64,000 nt of DNA from Raillietiella orientalis (lineage: Eukaryota). The DNA is taken from positions 744,001-808,000 of the forward strand of contig JAYWIR010000008.1 in the NCBI GenBank assembly GCA_036172245.1. Direction: 5' to 3'. Every line of letters begins with the position of its first letter. Position 1 is the first letter of the stretch. Position numbers and translations under genes: made by a program. Below are positions 1 through 13,200 of the stretch, in pieces. The notes beneath the pieces were generated by a model. The model searched no databases and was not told the DNA's origin. It was given only the letters and a program-made list of their open reading frames with translations.

Positions 1-1221
1 CGGACGGGGAGGGAGGCAATTACGGGACAGCGGCAATCACGAGGAGCGGCCGTCGCATCTCGTCAAGGGGTTGCGCTGAGATTTATCTCGGGAAGAGAGG
101 AACAGAGCGCGCGCACGAGGGAGGGGAAGGAGCAGCGGCGAGAGTTTGGCGCTGGAGATGTCCACTCGAGGGCGCCCTCGACTCCCTTCCCCACACCTCT
201 TCCCCCTTCTCCCCCGCTCTTCCCCTTAGGCACGCCCCCTCTTCCTCTTCCTCGTCATCCTGCGACTTGCCCCCCACGCCTCCGACCTCCTAGGACAGTA
301 GCTCTCCCCTGCTGCCCCACGAAGAGATGATTGGCCACCAAATTATCCAATTATTCCTGCCACCCGTCTCCCGCGCCTCCCCGCATTTTTGCTTCTCCCT
401 GCTATCCGATCTCTCTCATCTTCCCTTCTTCCACTCTACCTCCGCCCCCCTCCTTCCGTTCCTCCTCCTCTTCCTCCCTCTCCCGCCCCTGGTGAGGTCT
501 TGCGCCCTCGGTCTCACCAGAAGACCGAGGCGAGAAGGGTGGGACGGCTGCGGCAGCAAGGCGGGAGCGTCGCGAGGGACCGGTCGTCAAGGAATCGCGG
601 AGTCCCTCCACCCTTCCCAAGCGTCCGGCGAGGCCCGGAGAGGGTAGGGAACTTGACTGCTCATCTCCGCATTCCCGGAAGTGCTCTCGTCCACTGAGAC
701 TCCCAGAGTCAGATGGAGGCCGCCGGAGGGAAGGTGAGCGCCGGCAGACCGAAGTCAGGGGAGCTTGCCGCTAGGGCACACCCGGGAAAGGACGTTAACG
801 CTACCGGGACGGCAGCCTGCGGCCTGCAGCATCCGAGCCCGGACTCGTTACCCCATCACCGAGGACCCTCGGCAAATCCAGTAGGGCGTGTCCTCTCTCC
901 CTGATGCAAGGGTTCTCTCGGGTGCCCCCCTCCTTCCGGTATCCCGAAAGGTCTCTCTCCTGCTGGGACACCGTCCTTTGGCATCTCTCCTCCCCGCTCT
1001 CTGCAGGAAGAGCAACGCTGCCTCCTGCAGCATCCGCCGGGTCAGCATCCGCGGGCGGGAAAGATCGGGATGAAGGAACCATTGCTGCCCGCCCGGTTCC
1101 CGCCGCCTCCGGGTTCGCTCAAGGAGGACCGGAACGCGCTTGCAGACTCTCAAGGGAAAGAGGGGACAACGGGGGGAAAGGGGCAGCGGTCCAGCCGGGA
1201 CGCTTTCTGATCTCCTCCCCT

Positions 1222-1402
1222 GCCCTCTGTGCCGAGGACGCTACATTCTCGCAGCCCTCCCCTCAGGGTCACCCTCCCCGAAACTGCGAAGCTCGTTTTC
1301 GAGCCTCCCATCCCGGTCCCATGGCAACGACTCCGGCACTGCTCTCTGGGACGGAACCGCCCCCCTTCTCGACTGCGTCCGGTCTTTGATCTTCCCCTCC
1401 CC
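1222..1402 (+). repeat. Dispersed direct repeat, copy 1 (~181 bp)
   Basis: Aligns by eye with 6307-6488 with 10 substitutions and one 1-nt indel (~94% identity). Confidence 0.95.
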
Positions 1403-3914
1403 AGGAGAAGGAGAACGTCGCACCCTGACCCCGATGCCCGCACTTGCTCCACTCCTTACTCCTCTGCCTGCGCACACTTCCCTATAGTGGAGTGGAATGG
1501 ACATTTAGGAAGGGAGGAGCAAGGAGGAGGGAAGGGAAGGAGAAACATGCGCGTGCTGGAAGGGCGCGAGCCCTGACAAATGCCTCCCACACTACGGAGG
1601 GCAAGGTAGGTGATGACCTCCTCGCATACGCGCGAGACCACGGTGACTGCTCACCTTGGACAGCTCCCTTCCCCCCTCCTCCTCGTTATCCCACAGCGCG
1701 GCACTGCCCACGTGGCTGGGAAGGCGAGGATACGTACCCTCTCAGGAGTCGGGGCCGGCCTCTTTCGCGTCGCAGCAGCATGGCATCCCTGATGCCAGCC
1801 CCGAGGCGTCCGGGCTGAGACGCGAGAAGGTAGGAAGGGCCGGAGGAGGAGGTTAGGGGCCCCGGAGGGCTCCCTTGGGCAGCGGCGGCGGGGCTGATGA
1901 CCTCCAGGCGGAGCCGGAAGCCCCTCCGCCTGGAAGGGCCTATCACGTGGACGACCCGGGTGCAAGGGGAAGGAGAGGGAAGCGCGTGCTCCCTTCCTTC
2001 CCCCTCCCCTCCTCTCGTTCTCTTTCAATGTAGCGCAGGTCCTCCCGCGACGGCGGCCTTGGCGTGACGTCACCAGTCACACGGGGCATGCGCGTGGGGG
2101 GAAACGGCGGCTCAGGAGCAGGAAGCTCATGCGCGCCCCGATGCACGCGCTCCTCCCTCCCCCTCGCCCGCCCGCCGCACAACTTTCCACGGGGGCTCCT
2201 GGACAACGCCACACATCCAGAGAGATGCCCAGCTGTGCCCTCCTAGTCTGGAAGACCTCGGACTTTCCTCTGCGGTTGGACGCTGCTCGTCTCGTGCAGC
2301 CGGAAAAGAGATCGATCATGGCGATGGTCTACTTCCCGACCACTTCCTGGCCCCCGGGATCCGACAATTGCCATTCCCTTCCCCCCGCCCTTTCCTTTCT
2401 CTTCCTCGATCCCTCGTACCCGTCCGAGCGCAGCTCTTCCTGTGGCCGCAGCCAGGGGCGGCGGGCGTTCTGGAATCTTCAGTCGAGAGCGGCAGGGCTG
2501 CTCAGCGAATCCCCAGCCCCATTTTTCCGAGCTGAAGGTGTGCGGATGGGTGGGAAGGAAAACATCCGGGATGTAGATGCGGTAGAGGCAGAGTGGGCCT
2601 TCCCAGTCACTCGAGAGGGCCGCCGCCGGCACCCGCAGGGAAAACCCCGCAAGAGACCCAAGGGGACATTGCACCTTCCCAGCTTTACCCCCGTGTTCGA
2701 CCACGCCCGTGCTGATCCCGGCCTCGGGGAGGTCCAGTCTTTATCCAGCTTCCGTACGGAAAGTGACGGCCCGATGCTCCCTGGACGATAGGGGGCCACT
2801 CCCTTCCTGGAAGCACCTGGAAGGACTCTCCGCGCAAAGTGGGGGGAAGGGAGGCAAAGGAAAACGAAGGGATTCCAGGAAGAAGGGGAGAGGGCCGTTG
2901 TCTCTCTGGCAGTTCTTCCTGGGAGTCAGGCGACGGGGGAAGGGAGAGGGAGGAAGGAAAGAGTGGGAACGACTTTCCGACGCGGACACCCCTCGGTTGG
3001 TCCAGGTCTCCAAAGTGCGGGGCGCTCGGGAGAAGGCGAGGGAGAGCCGCCGAAAGTCCTCCTCCAGGAGAGCGAGTGTGTTGCCTTCTTTCCCCTCGGG
3101 ATGAGAGTGCCCCGCCGGGAGAGCGGGCAAGCAGCACAACCTATCACGATGCCGGCGATTGATGGAGCCTCTGCGAAGGGAAGAGCCCAGAGCAAATAAA
3201 TAGGCGCGCTCCTCCCGGCCTCCACGTCGAGAGACCACGCGCAGTTGCCCGTTACATTCGGCCGAATTCCAGATCCGCGCGCTCGAGAGAGAACGGGAGG
3301 GAGGGAGAGGAGCCGCAGTTCGCGAGAAAGATGGAATGCACTCGAAGCAGGCATAAATATTCCCGGAATCTCGGTCTCACGATTGCTGCGCCCGAACCCG
3401 AGCAGGACAGGCGAGCGTAAGAGCTGCCAATTCCCGAGCCTGTTTGATACAATAGATAAGAAAATGCAAGTCACATCCGACGCAACGCAAAACAAGGAGA
3501 CGCATTTCGAGATGCCAAGGCCAGGGGTCATCCTTACAAAAAGATTTCCCATGTCAAGAATACAATAAAACCTGTAATAAATGGAGTTTCCTGTAGCTCT
3601 ATTGACGCTCTCATTCAACGACCTTCATCGTTCGCGAATGCCTGGAAATTATCAAAGATGGCAGCACTTGCCCACCACATTAGTCCGATCGCCGTAACGG
3701 AAAACGGAAAAACAAACAAACGGAAGGGAGAGAAAGCAAGGAAGGAAGGAAGAAAATTCGTTAGTGATCCGTGTGGACGAGAGAACAGCCCTCGGGTGGA
3801 GTGCGGCCCGCTCGAAGGAGGCTCACCAGACGGTGGGGGCCCCAGGGAATATTTTCCGCGCAGTGTTTCTGTCCAGCAGAGTACACGATCGGAATTCGGG
3901 GCAAGACTGTGCTC

Positions 3915-3928
3915 GTTGCCATGGCGAT
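3915..3928. promoter_or_regulatory. RFX X-box-like element
   Basis: GTTGCCATGGCGAT; the reverse complement ATCGCCATGGCAAC fits RTHNYY-WT-RRNRAC. Function is untested. Confidence 0.45.
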
Positions 3929-6306
3929 CGCCCGGTTTTTTTTTTTCCTTCTTCTTCTTTTTTCCCGCAGTCCCATTGTTGCGCTTATCATGTCCGGGCT
4001 TGCGGGGGCCGGACCGTTACGATTTCGAGAAATCGCAAGCGCTGGCGCGTGACGACGAGTGGTTGCCAAGTGCAGGGCGTTGATTTGACCACCTTGGAAG
4101 CCGGCCCACTACGCATGCACGGTGCCTTCGCCGGGCCCCCGACGCTCGAGTGCCCGCCGCATGCAATCCCAAATCCGACGGGGCGATGCGTCGTCTGAGA
4201 ACAGCAAGCGCAGCCATTTACTGCTTCGAGTGCTGCCACGTATGGCCGCGGCATCTGTTGTGTCGTCCGCTGGCACACGGGACATTATTTGCGTACTCAT
4301 GATACTGTTTGCGGTGTTGGCTTCCTCGACCCCTACCCTTTGCTCCCCCTCTCCTCCTCCTCCTCCTCCTCCCCCCCTCCTCCTCCGCTCGGGTCTCTCT
4401 GAAGGAATCTGCCACCTGACAAGATTTTCTCTGCTGACGCATGCTCGTTCAGAACGCCTCGTTCGTTTGCAAAAAAAGTTTCTTCCGGAAAGCTGGCGCG
4501 CGAAGCCTCGTTCCGAGAACCAACCGTAGCCTCCGCAAATCCCTGTCAGCGCGCCCGGAAAAGAAAGAGGGAGGGAGGGAGGGAATCTCCCAGATGTCAA
4601 GACGGAGAGAGGATGCGGTCTTCAGGTGGTACAGATCGCTCCGGAGCAGCCGCCCGAATCGTCCGGAAAGCGGAGGCGGAAAAGAGCGATCGCGGCGGAC
4701 AAGAGCCGCCGCCGCAACGCGCAAGCCGCGCGACAGAGACGGAAGCAACGCGATGGCGACTTCCGTTTCCCCTCAGCAGCGAGCTCACGATGAACGAAAG
4801 TCCCCGGTCCCCCGAGAGCTTTGGTGGGCCAGGAAGCAGGAAAGGAAACCTCGGAAGATGAATCGGGGGGGACCCGAGCGCGAAGCGATGGTCGCGACAG
4901 GAGGGGGGGGGGGAGTGGGAATATTTCTTCGCTCATGCCACGACAGTCCGATGCCAACGGCGTCGGCGGCGCCCACAGGGAGGGGAAGTCGACGGGCAGC
5001 GCGACTCGGAACTTCCGCGGTCACCCGTGTGCCGCCTGCCTGTCAACCTTCCCTCCCTCCCTTTCGCATTTTCTTGAGCCTTCACTCCGTTGTCGGGGTG
5101 ACGGCCTCGGGGCTCTCTGCCATCGGAGACGAGCGGGGAGCTGCCGTTACAGAACTCGGCTGTTTGGAATCTCGAAATCGACCATTCTGCCAAGATGCCG
5201 CTTGGCTGGAAGACGGAGGAGGTTGAGGGGACTCCACATCATCTGGCGGGTGTCGACCGAAGAAGAGAGTACGACCCGCGCCGGCCGAAGCGGGACCCGA
5301 ACTGACTGTGGAGGGGGAGGAGCAACAGACAACCCTGCCGCCGCGCGAAACCGGCAGCCTCTGCGACCTCCCCTCCTGAAGACGAAAACATCTCGCCTTC
5401 CTTCCTTCCTTCCCAGAAATCCTCCTCAACAGAAACAGCAGAAGTCGCGCTGGAGGACTGCCGGGCTCCTCGCTCCGCCTCCGAGGAAGTAAAGGGAAAA
5501 CTCCCGTTGCGCGTGCTTCACAGGCTGGCAGACCACCCCAGGGGTGGGTGCAGCCGCCGTCACGATGAGCGGAAGACAAAAAGCTCTGGTCGGGGCGAGG
5601 GGGCGCTCCGAACGGGAGTGCTCAAGTGTTCAGCAGGCTGCGGGGTAAGGGGACGACCCGCTCGTGGTCAGCTCGCGGGCTCCGTTCGAACCCCCTCCCC
5701 CCTCTCCCTTCCTTCTCGCTGGGAGGACCGTCTCTCTCGCTAGCGTCAGCAGACTGCCGTCCTTCGAGGAAGATGGTCGCCCACCCACCGGAACAGCTGT
5801 TTGGCCACTCAAGTAAGGAAGACGCCGAGAAGTCTCCAATATGCTCCTGGAAACACCCGGAAGAGAGCCCGCGACGAGGAAGAACACCCTGCGACGGAAA
5901 CTGCTTGACGCCTGACTTCTTTGCGGCTCGAGGAAGCGCCCTCGGGCCAATCGCCTGGGGGTTTCGTGTCCGAGGGCAGACGGCGACGGAGGAAGCATCT
6001 CCTTCGTGCCGAGGAACCCCTCTTTTCCTCCTCCCGTCGGGTCCCCTGTTCTCCCACGCTACCCGGGGCACCTTGCGATCCTGAGGCCGATTGAACGGGA
6101 AGGGGGGATACCTGTTTCGTCCGGGACGCATTCGGTCGTCGGCCTCTCTTTGGCGGCTTGCCGCCTTTCCGACTCCCTTGGCAGGTGAACTCCGGGAGAG
6201 GAGAGACGGGAGCAGGACGTTCCCTCCGAAGCGAACGGCGCGGAGGAGAGGCAAGCGGCAAGGCGGTACCCGGGAAAGCCAGCAGTTCAGCCACCCCGGA
6301 GGTCGG

Positions 6307-6488
6307 GCCCTCTGTGCCGAGGGCGCTGCATCCTCGCAGCCCTCCCCTCAGGGTCACCCTCCCCGAAACCGCGAAGCTCGTTCTCGAGCCTCCCATCCCG
6401 GTCCCATGGCAGCGACTCCGGCCTTGCTCTCTGGGACGGAACCGCCCCCCTTCTCGACTGCGTCCCGGTCTTTGGTCCTCCCCTCCCC
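6307..6488 (+). repeat. Dispersed direct repeat, copy 2 (~182 bp)
   Basis: Same-orientation copy of 1222-1402. The ORF track shows the shared peptides (e.g. SQPSPQGHPPRN...LLSGTEPPPFSTAS). Confidence 0.95.
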
Positions 6489-7233
6489 CTGTTGGTGGTT
6501 GAGCGGGGGGGCTCAAGGCGCGCGCCATCGCCCAAGAGACTGAGGTCCGCATTGTTGCCGAAGGTAAGGAAGGAGATGACTCAGAAGGGAGGGGGAGGGA
6601 ATGGTCCTCTCCGCAGAGGAGTGCCTCCGTCGGCACCCGGGCGAAGGTCGCCTCCTCCGCTGACCCGGAACGGTATGCAGGACCTCTCGCGGTGCCACCT
6701 GACCCGCTCCGACGGAAGCGTCCTCAGTCTCTCCGGCTCATCTCCACTCGCGAGGGGAGGATTCCGCGTGCTTGACCTTCGTCTGCCATCGACGCGCGCG
6801 TCCCTGCAGGGACCCGCCTTCCCGCCCGTCGCGGGGTAGTCCGGACGCTGGTCAGCACTCCAGGGATGCCACGCAGCACGTTTTCGCACTGCCTCCTCGC
6901 TTCCTCCGATGCAGCCGGGACCTCGGCTGCGGCAGCGTCCTGGAACTCTGGAGACGGCCTTCGTCCTCGGCCATCCGTCCCCTCGCTTCCTCCCCCTTTC
7001 CTCGCATGTCTTTCTCATCCGCTTGACTCTAGGTGCGGGAGTTCCGGCTCCGAAAACGGGACGCCTTCCGGAGACAAGAGGGAGGATGACCAACCTCCCC
7101 TTCGAGGTGCGGAGCAGCAGTCGCTTTCTTCCCCGCGAGTTCTTTCCTCCCGCCCTTACGCCTGTCAACCTTCCCTCCTTCCTTCATTCGACCTATGGAG
7201 CAGCAGCAATCTGGGCGGAAAGGAAGGGGTGTA

Positions 7234-7259
7234 GGGGGTGGGGGTGGGGGGTGGGGGGG
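7234..7259 (+). other. G-quadruplex-forming motif
   Basis: G5-T-G5-T-G6-T-G7. Confidence 0.7.
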
Positions 7260-10200
7260 TGGAACCTGCTTTCCTCCGAGCTGCTCGCTCAGGACTGCGA
7301 CAGGAGACGGCTGCCTGCAGGTGAAATCGATCCTACGCCGCTGGCGCGACCTTCTGAAAGGGGGATGCAGCGCCCAGATCATGAAGGCTACTTTTCATAA
7401 CAGATCTTTATACATTCAAGGGATACAAAACTCGGATCGAGAGGACGTTCCATCAGCATTTCCGATTCCTGAAATGCCGAGGGAAGCTGCGATTCACTCC
7501 GAACGTTCTTTTGTTGCAGCGAAAAAAGGACCCATTCTCCGCATGAAATTAGGTCGACTACTGGAGGATGTTCCCTTTGAATGGCAACAAAAGCTCGATG
7601 GAGAGAGTTCGCATGCGTGGATGGCATTGTTCATTTGCCACGGTCCAATTACTCTTCCGAATGTGTAAATCTCTTTAAATGAAGCGATTGTATCAAACCT
7701 CCTCGCGATTCAATAGGAAACGTGATTTCATTTCATCTCATTTCCAATAATACTGAACGCTTTATTTATCGCAGTCATGGAGACATACGTGTTTGTTTCA
7801 TGGCCTTTGAATTAGCATAAACGGAGGATGCAGCATCTTTTGAAATGCTAATAAATTTGCAATCGGTCGCATGCTTTGGAGCCACTTTATCAACCGTTTC
7901 CACAGAAAGCACCGACTGCTATCCTTTCTCGATAATGCAGAATCATTTCCATATCGTTCCCACTCCCCTCCCTATTCTTGTTTTTGTCCTCCTCCAAAAA
8001 TTTTCGTGGCAATGCTCACTTCTTCCTATTTTTTTTTTTTTTTTTTTTCCGATCCGCTTGCAGATCGCTTCCCCGTTGTTCCTCCACTGGGAAAATACAA
8101 CTTGCAGAAATCCGAGCGCTGCATAAAAATTTTCAATACCTCAGGCCATAACAAATGGGAAGCCGATAATGCCTGTTCCCTTTAAAATATACTACTCCCT
8201 TTGAAACGCTGCTGTTCCCGGTGAAGCTCAGTAGGGCTGGGAGCGGAGGACTAGAGTGTAGTTTGCGCTACTTTGTGGCGAGCGAAGCCTCCGTTTCACT
8301 CGTTTCCGTGATCAGCAGAAGTATTTTTATTTTTTATCTTATTTTTTCCGAGTCCAGAATTAAGTTCGTTATTTTTTTTTTTTCCTCTTTCTCTCTCCCT
8401 TCCCTCCCTCCATCCCTCTCTCCGTTTTCCTTTCCTTTTTGCAACCTGCATCATTTGTTGCGATGCCGTAAAAGAGCCCGATTTTCTATCCTGGATCTTG
8501 AATGGAATGGAACGGCGCGATCGTGGAGATTCTCCCACAAAACACCTGCGAACCGCGATTATCAAAGACTTTATGCTTGGGAACAGCCTCCCGCTTTTAC
8601 ATAACCGAGGTGAATTTCCGCCCGCTTCCTCTTTTCCTTCTTCTTCTTCTTCCCCAAGCCTCTACTGGAAAAGGAAAACAGTACGGACTGCCTTCAGAAG
8701 CACTCGTTCCGAGTAATTGATGAAAACACATTCCAGCCGAAGAATCTATCCAGTTTGTGTTCATGCTCTCCCTTCAGATGCTCACATAAGCTCTCACTTT
8801 ACAAGATCCGGGAGTCCTCCACTCCTGGGCTGATCGACTGATTATTCAAAACGAATTCGCATGGGATCCCTGCGACGCGCAGCCTGGAGGAGGAAGGAGC
8901 GGGCGGGACACGTCCGAAATTAGCCCGCTCCGCGAGTTACGCCTGTTTGTACAAATTGGACGCTCAGTCGACTTCTCACCTCGTCCCCATCCGCCATGTG
9001 TGAATCCCGCAATAAAAATATAAATTCCTAAGCGAATCGTCATTTGGGGAACAGTAGGTGTTTTTCCTTCCTTCCTTTCTTTCTTAATTCCTTTCCTTTG
9101 CTTTGGAAATGTGGGGGACACACTTCTTCCACCACCACCACCCTTACACCCCTCTACCCCCGTCCCCCCCTTTCCCGCTCGCTTCCTGACCTTTTTTCTT
9201 CTTCCTTTTATTTATTTATTTATTTATTTTTTGAATGCAGATGCTGCCAGCTAATGCAGAACCGAAAAAGATCTTTCAGGGTTACTTCGACATTAAACGT
9301 GGGTTAATTTTTGATTCAGATGCAAACAAAAGGAAAGAACGCGTCTCTTCGAACCTGTTCGCTGGACGGAGGGCATATCTTGTCGAGATTTTCCCCACCT
9401 GTTAACTAAAGTGTTTGGTGACATTGATTTGAGGAATTAATCTCTTTTAGCTCGATAAGTCCGTTACGTGGATGAATAATCAAGAAAGATAAGAATGCCA
9501 GAACTTGTCCGGAGGCGATTTTCTTTCTTTCGCGTTTTTTTCCCACCCCCCCCCTCGAAGGAATCTCTTCTCCTTTTGAGCGCATCGAGCGTGTTCCTCC
9601 TCCTATCCAATCAAACAAGCAGATTATTAAAAATTAATCTAGATAAGGGTTATAGAAATATGAAGATAAATTCTCGGGTTCTCGTCGCGGACCTATCGAA
9701 GACATCCGAGATCTTCTCTGTACCTTCTGATTCACCAACCTTGTTGCCGGGAAGGGAAGATAACAGAAAACTGAAGGGTTTGCGCATGACAGCGGAAAGA
9801 ATTATACCGATGTGTAAAAGATTCGCCTTGTCCCTTGTCGTCAATAAATATCCGTTCAGAATGAAAGAACGGAATCCCAATGTCGTTGACCACGAGGGGA
9901 GGTGAGGCCCTTCTGGGCCTCCCACTCCCACCTCCCACTTCTGGCCTCTGGCAGGTGCCCCTTCTCGGCTGCCCATCGACCCTCTTCTCTTCCCTCCTCC
10001 CTTCCCGGGGTCCACTTCGTCCCCCTTTTCTCCGGCGGGAGCCACGCCCTCCGGAAAAGCGGATCCGGCGCATTCAGAGATGCCTCTGCTTCCGTTCGGT
10101 GAAGGGAGAGGTTTCCTCGCCCTCGTGGTCCTTCGTCTTCGGCAGTGAATGCCCCACCTCGCTGAGTATGCGTACGCGTCGGCGTAAGCGCTTTTCCTGC

Positions 10201-13200
10201 GCTTCTTCAGGAGCCGTCGGACCCCTCCGTCCGAGCTGTCCCGGAAGGAAAGAGGAACTCGGCGTTCGCCCATCCTCGCGCCGGCCGGCGCTTCGGGCGT
10301 GAGTCACTCCCTTCCTTCCCCTCTTCGTCCCCTCTGGCTGCTGCCACCGCACTTTCACGCGCGGTTTGTTGTGTTCGGCAAAGTCTGAGATGTCGCTGTA
10401 GGCGAGGCGTGCGGCTTTTCGGAGCGGAAGGAAGAGGAGGTGGACCCCGGCGGGGGGAGGTGCCGATCGCGTTCTAGAGCGCCACAGGGACGCTGCGTCG
10501 GGAGCCAGAGGCAGAGCTTCGTGGAAGGGTCGGGGACAGGCAGTGGGCGAGAGGTGCCCTCCTAGCGACCCCCGAACCTTTTGCTCAAGACCCGGCGTCC
10601 GTAGGGCGGAGCAGACTCCGCGCCCCTCCTGCTCATGCGGAGCGACGTCGGTAGCCTGCACTGTGGACGCAAGCGGGGTCGCCCACTCCGTCTTACCCTT
10701 CCTCCCTCGAGATCCGTGGTACTCCCAAGACCACCTTTGCCAGGAGACCCGCAGGTCCCAGCTCCTCCGAGACGTCACTCTGCTCCCAGACAACCGTCCC
10801 GCAGGCGAGAATAGAGAGCCGGGCGCTCCGGGTGGCTACTGCCGCCGGCCGGCCGGCTTTCGTCCCGGCCGGTTGACCTTGTGCGCTTGAGAAGGGGGAG
10901 AAAGACGGTCTCCGCCTCTCCTGAGCTGGGAGAGTGGAGGAGCCCTCTGGCAGGTGGCGCATCCTTGACCTTACGGCTCATTTCCATGGGGGGGGACGGT
11001 CGGGGCAGTGATTCCGGAGAGGGCAAGTGGCTCGCCCGCTTACCGGGAGACGCTCGAGGACTGGATGTAGCGTGCCATCACCGCGAGGAGGAGGAGACCA
11101 GAGGCACCTTTGCCCCAGGGTCCCCACGGCTCGAGAGAGTGGAAGAGCCGTTTGAACGGTGTTGCCGCGCGACGCACAACGAAACTAAGAGCGCGCAGCG
11201 GTCCGGTCGGCACGGGAGCGGCGGGGTGCTGCGAAGTGTGGGAGTGTCCAGGAAGCAGGGCGGGGGTTCGCATTCTAAAGGTTTTTCGGCGCCCACGACG
11301 GCTCCCTCCCCCCCCCCCCCATCCCCCGAACAATTCCTCAGGAGGCAAAACGGGGAGGAGCGGTACCGATTCCGGCCCACTAGTTGGCGGCAGGTTCCTC
11401 CGGCCCGGAAGCTTCTCGGTCTCGCCCTCGCTTCGCCGCCGAGACGACGTCGCTCAGGAGGGAGAGAGAAGGGGTGAGGGAGCCTGGTTTTTTCCGGAGT
11501 CTGCGCGAACCTCTGCAGACCCAGAAAATGGGAGTGGCAGGTTGAAGGAGGAGGAGCAGGAAAGGAGGGAAAAGGTGCGCTCGTGGGGGAGGAGCATCCT
11601 GGAATGTACCCCGGTCTATACCCCGACGCCGTCCTGGGTTCCCGTCGAAGAGAACCAGCAGTTCCGATGCAGGCCGGGAGGCGGCAGCATCGGCAGTCCC
11701 TCGATGGCTTCGTCCCCCCCCCCTTCCTCTCTGGGGGTTAGGCGTGCGCGCTGTGCACGAGAGAGAGAGAGGCAGATAGCGCGTGCGTGCGTGGGAGGGG
11801 GGAGGGGAATGGGACGCGTGGGCGCGCTTCGCATGCTCTCCCACGCGCGGCGGAGTGGTCCAGGCAAACAGCACGGAGAGAGAGGAGGGAAGATGGCGAT
11901 CCCTCGGTCAACACATTAGCGGGGTGCTCGCGGGCGGGACGGGCAGAGAAGGGGGGGGGGAACCCGCTAGAGACGCGATGATGTTTGCACATGGCAAACA
12001 GTAAATGCCGGGGACGCTAGGTGGAGGGGCAGGCAGGAGGGGCTTCTCTGGAAGGGACTGCGCCCTCGGACGTGGCGCGAAGGGGTGGAGAGTCCCACTG
12101 AGAGGGCGCAGCAGGCGCGGGAGAGAGCGACAGGGATCAGGAGGCCCTCCTAGCTCTTCTCTCCCTTCCCCCCCCCCCCCCCCGAGAGCCAAGCAGGACC
12201 CCAGGGGAACTGCAAGCGTTCCCCTCAAAGGGGGGAGGAGGGAGGAGGAGCACGAGAACGCGCTGGCGCTTCGGCGGATGGCGGCCCGGAGGCGCATCCC
12301 GTACTGGCTCTCGTCGTCTGAGAGCACTCGCTCGAGAGTCTCGGTCGCACCCCGACCTTCCCCCCCAGAAGGGGTAGCGCGGACTGGTAGCGGAGCGGAA
12401 GCGGACTCGACTGGCAAAGAGCCGTCCACGCGCGCCGAAGAGCGGAGTAAAATGCTGCTCCTCTCTCCCTTCCCACTGCGTCCTCGTCGGCCGTCACGTC
12501 AATTCGGAGGGCAAGGGGGAGTAGGGGGGAGAAGAGCACTGGGGCAGGAGGAAGAAAGCATGCTGCTCCACTAGAAGGGATTTCTGGAACTGTGCCGTTC
12601 TGTGCCGTGATGGCACGGCAATGTCCTCGGTTGCCTCCTCCCCCTCCTCTTCCCCTACCTTTCTCTACAGAATCCCACCGATCGTTCCCTGAGGAAATGG
12701 GAGCAGGGCGTCTTTCGGAAGAGGGAGGGAGGGATAAGTTTTTTGTGTGCCATTTTGCACCTCCCGGATATCGCCCCTTCATGCTGGCGGGAGGATGGAC
12801 GGCTCTTTCTAGCCGAAGGGATCGACAGAAGCTTTCGACTCTCCGGGGGAAGTCGAGGTCACCAGCGTGCATCGCCGGGGGCCAAGCTGGAACCGAGCTT
12901 GGGACGAAAAGGTGGGAAAGATGGACGCGTCGGGGGAGGGGGAGGAGCAGGCAGCAGCAGCTTTTTAGGACAAAGAGGACGGGCTGAAGAAGGACGGAAG
13001 GGAAGGAGGGGTTGCCGGAAGTGACTACGACGGGAAACCCCGTCGTGATACGCGTGACGTCCGGTCCGCGAGAGAGAGCCCCTTGGTCGCGTGGCGGCGA
13101 CCGGGGGAAGGGAAGAGGGAGGGGAAATGGGAGGCGGCGACAATGCGTGGCGATTTCTATTCTTAGTCGGAGCGCGGTGCAGCAGCCGTTCGTGGAGATC

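Noticed and set aside
4242..4529. ORF with a signal-peptide-like stretch (DIICVLMILFAVLASS) then poly-Pro
   Set aside because: The poly-Pro comes from a (CCT)n microsatellite, and there is no splice or homology support.
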